A stretch of DNA of 64,000 nucleotides, from NCBI GenBank assembly GCA_043228905.1, contig JBHGNT010000005.1:12214001-12278000 (forward strand), written 5' to 3'. Origin of the DNA: Azolla caroliniana (taxonomy: Eukaryota; Plantae; Polypodiophyta). The translations under genes and the position numbers were made by a program. Below are positions 61,430 through 64,000 of the stretch, piece after piece. Within the stretch, counting starts at the first letter, position 1. Each line of letters begins with the position of its first letter. The notes under the pieces are model-generated. The model was not told the origin of the DNA. It ran no database searches and worked only from the letters and a program-made list of their open reading frames with translations.

Positions 61430-64000
61430 ACACCATAGTGTGCTTTCACCCAAGTCACATTGTTTCCAGAATTCGTAAGCATCCTTCTTTGTTGTGGGCC
61501 ACCACAACCCACTTTGCCAAATTTTCCGAGCCGTGGTATCGCCGGCATAGTGACCACCAGCTATCCTGTGATGTGCTTCTAGTAGGATCGCATCCTTTTC
61601 GAATTGGCGTACCGCACGACGCCAGATGCCGTCCGAGCCTTTGTGGTACAAGATGTGTGTGAGAAGGCAAATTTTCGACTGCGAACTGCCAACAGTTTCT
61701 TGGCATCTAGGGTCAAATTTTCACGTGGGAGGCTAGTGCTGAGGAAGTGTGTCCTCTCGTTTATCCAGTCATCCTCGCTATTGGCCGATGGTGTGGTTTT
61801 GTCTAACCCGAAAAAGTTGGCGTCGAGTAGTTCATCGTATTCCATTGTGGCTGGTTCCCCCGATTCGAGCTGGCTCAAGTAATCTGCGATCGCATGTTAT
61901 ACCCCAGGTCAATGTTGTATGTCGAATTCAAATTCTTGGAGAAGCAACATCCATCGTGCTAATCAACCGGTTAGTGCCTGCTTATTTACTAGATAGAGTA
62001 GCATCGAGTGATCCACGTGGAATGTAAATTTTCGGCCGAGCAAATAATGCCGAAAATTCATGATGTTGTAGATCATGCCGAATGCATCCCATTCTGTTCT
62101 AGAGTAGTTCTTTTTGGTTGTCAAGAGCCGACGGCTAGCATAGTAGACTAGTCAATACCAGTTCAGAGGCATCTTTTGCATGACGACACTCCCAATGGCC
62201 ACGTCTGATGTGTCAATGAAAACATGGAAGGGTTGCGACCAATCCAGTGGTTGCACCACCGGTGCGTGTGAGAGCATTACCTTAAGGGAACGATATGTGT
62301 CGTCTTTTGTTGCAATTGAACGAAACGGAACCCGATGTATAGTCGCGTCTAATGGTGTCGCGAACTCAGTCAGGTAACGCAACATTATACTATGCCACCT
62401 AATTTGACCCAAAAACCGGCGGAGGGCTTTTGTTGTGGTCGAGGCCGGTGCACTCAGGATGGCATGCACTTTGTTCGGATCCATTGCTATTCTGTCGCAG
62501 CTGACAATGTGGCCGAGTAAGGCTCCACTGGACACGTAAAAAGCACACTTGGCTGGGTTTAGGCTTAGCCGACCTTGCTAACATCGCTTTAGACAAAGGC
62601 GTAAGTGCTTGAGGTGCTTGTTCTTCCGACCATACACGACAAAGTCATTGAGAAAGAATTGCAAATAGGTCAGAATGTAATCGCTGAAAATGTTGGCGAT
62701 AATTCATTGGAAAGTGGTCAGAGCTATCTTTAATCCTAACATCATCACAACTACCACGAGCACGCCCCATTCAGTGACAAATGTTGTTTTCTCTTGGTCA
62801 TCGGGGTGCATTTGCATTTGATTATAGCCGCTGAAGCTATAACATTCATGGCTAGCCACCACGTTGAGGACGCGATCTGTGAACAGAAGTGGAAAGGCAT
62901 CCGTAACAGTTCCGGTAGTCGACGCAAACTTGGATTTTCCCGTTCTTTTTTGGAACTATGATGATAAGGTTTAACCATGTTGCCCGTTTGACCGGCTGAA
63001 TGAACCCTACTCAGAGGAGTTTGTCGATTTCCTCCTTTTCTTTAGCCGCATAATTGGGATTCATCTAGTAGCGGTGTTGTTGCACGGGTCGTGCATCGCA
63101 CTGGAGGTGAATATGGTGCTGGTACTATTGGGGATCTAGCCCTTTCATGTCATTGTACGACTAGGCTAACACATCTTGGTAATCGCTCAACAACCCAACC
63201 ATGGATAGCCAATTCCCGATCAAGCGCGTCGCGGGCATGTCGTAATTCTTCGATGGACTACGGGTCAGGTTTGTGCGGGTCTTTGTTCTCCTCAGGGGCC
63301 AGCTCGGATACGTATGGTTCAACCATCGTGAGAACATCGATTTCAAACAAAGGAACGATTGTGGGGTGTTCCTCGAGGAAGTGGGGTCCATTTGTTCGTC
63401 CACAAGGCCGTCGAGCATGTGGACTCCTTCAGCATATAACGGGCTAGTATCGGGAGGCGTCGCGATCCGTTCCTCCGTGACGACACAAATCTTGTTTTTT
63501 CCGTGGCGGAAGGAGATCATAATCCACTACCAATGCTGCTTAATGTTGGTCGTGGGCAACCATGGACGACCGAGCAACATTGGGTACACAGCGGGAGCAT
63601 CGAGGCTTAACACCACCGCTGACATGGTGAAAGTGTGGCTTCCAAGGATGAAGTTCAGGTGGAGGATTAATCCCATTGGTCGAATGGAACGGGTGTCCGC
63701 CATTCGGAGCCTAAACGGAAATGGCTCCCATTGGGTGATGCCAAGGTCATGACATGTAGCCTCACTAATGAGTTAACACCCGAACCTCCATTAATAATGC
63801 AACCGTGAACATTGCGGTCTTTGATGATGAGGTTGACCACGGGATTTTGGGAATCCATTAATGGTGGGCCGGTGCCCGGCTTTGCCAGGTGTACCGGCAA
63901 GGTGGTTTGGCTCTTTGCCGGTGGTGAGAGATGCTACCATGTCCTTGAAACATGGAAGCAGTTGCAGTAGCTTATGCAAGGGCATGGAGATTTGGCAGCT
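61430..64000 (-). mobile_element. Degenerate non-chromovirus Ty3/Gypsy pol fragment (PR-RT-RH-IN start)
   Basis: CIINGGSGVN (protease), LLGHIVS and RFLGQIRWH (RT), FHVFIDTSDVAIG (RH), EAHHRIAGGHYAG...GLWWP (IN zinc finger); many stops and frameshifts. Confidence 0.82.

Overview
Eukaryotic, land-plant-type (probably fern or other seed-free plant; inference) repeat-rich DNA built almost entirely of nested, decaying transposons. Retroelements: two related non-chromovirus Ty3/Gypsy elements with tRNA-Trp PBS (1-2600 partial; 27957-35000 full), a Galadriel-type chromovirus (5644-17261) carrying a nested Tcn1-type chromovirus (10480-16187), a second Tcn1-type element (47702-53210), several Copia elements and a solo LTR, two truncated LINEs in a (GA)n tract, and a degenerate Gypsy at the right end. 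DNA transposons: a Sola2-like element with a spliced transposase and a convergent accessory gene, interrupted by a 12.9-kb TIR element encoding a P-like transposase but with a 4-bp TSD. The only host locus is an intron-containing RPL14 gene (17537-19356) disabled by a 5-bp duplication and a broken splice acceptor, followed by two paralogous ~220-nt structured RNAs that fit box H/ACA snoRNAs guiding pseudouridylation of LSU rRNA helix 69. Best leads: the P-like/4-bp-TSD transposon, an antisense tRNA-like Pol III A/B-box cassette conserved in the U3 of both Tcn1-type LTRs (which also look self-priming and share a -1 frameshift signal), and the RPL14-snoRNA unit. All calls come from reading the sequence by eye; no database search or folding program was run.
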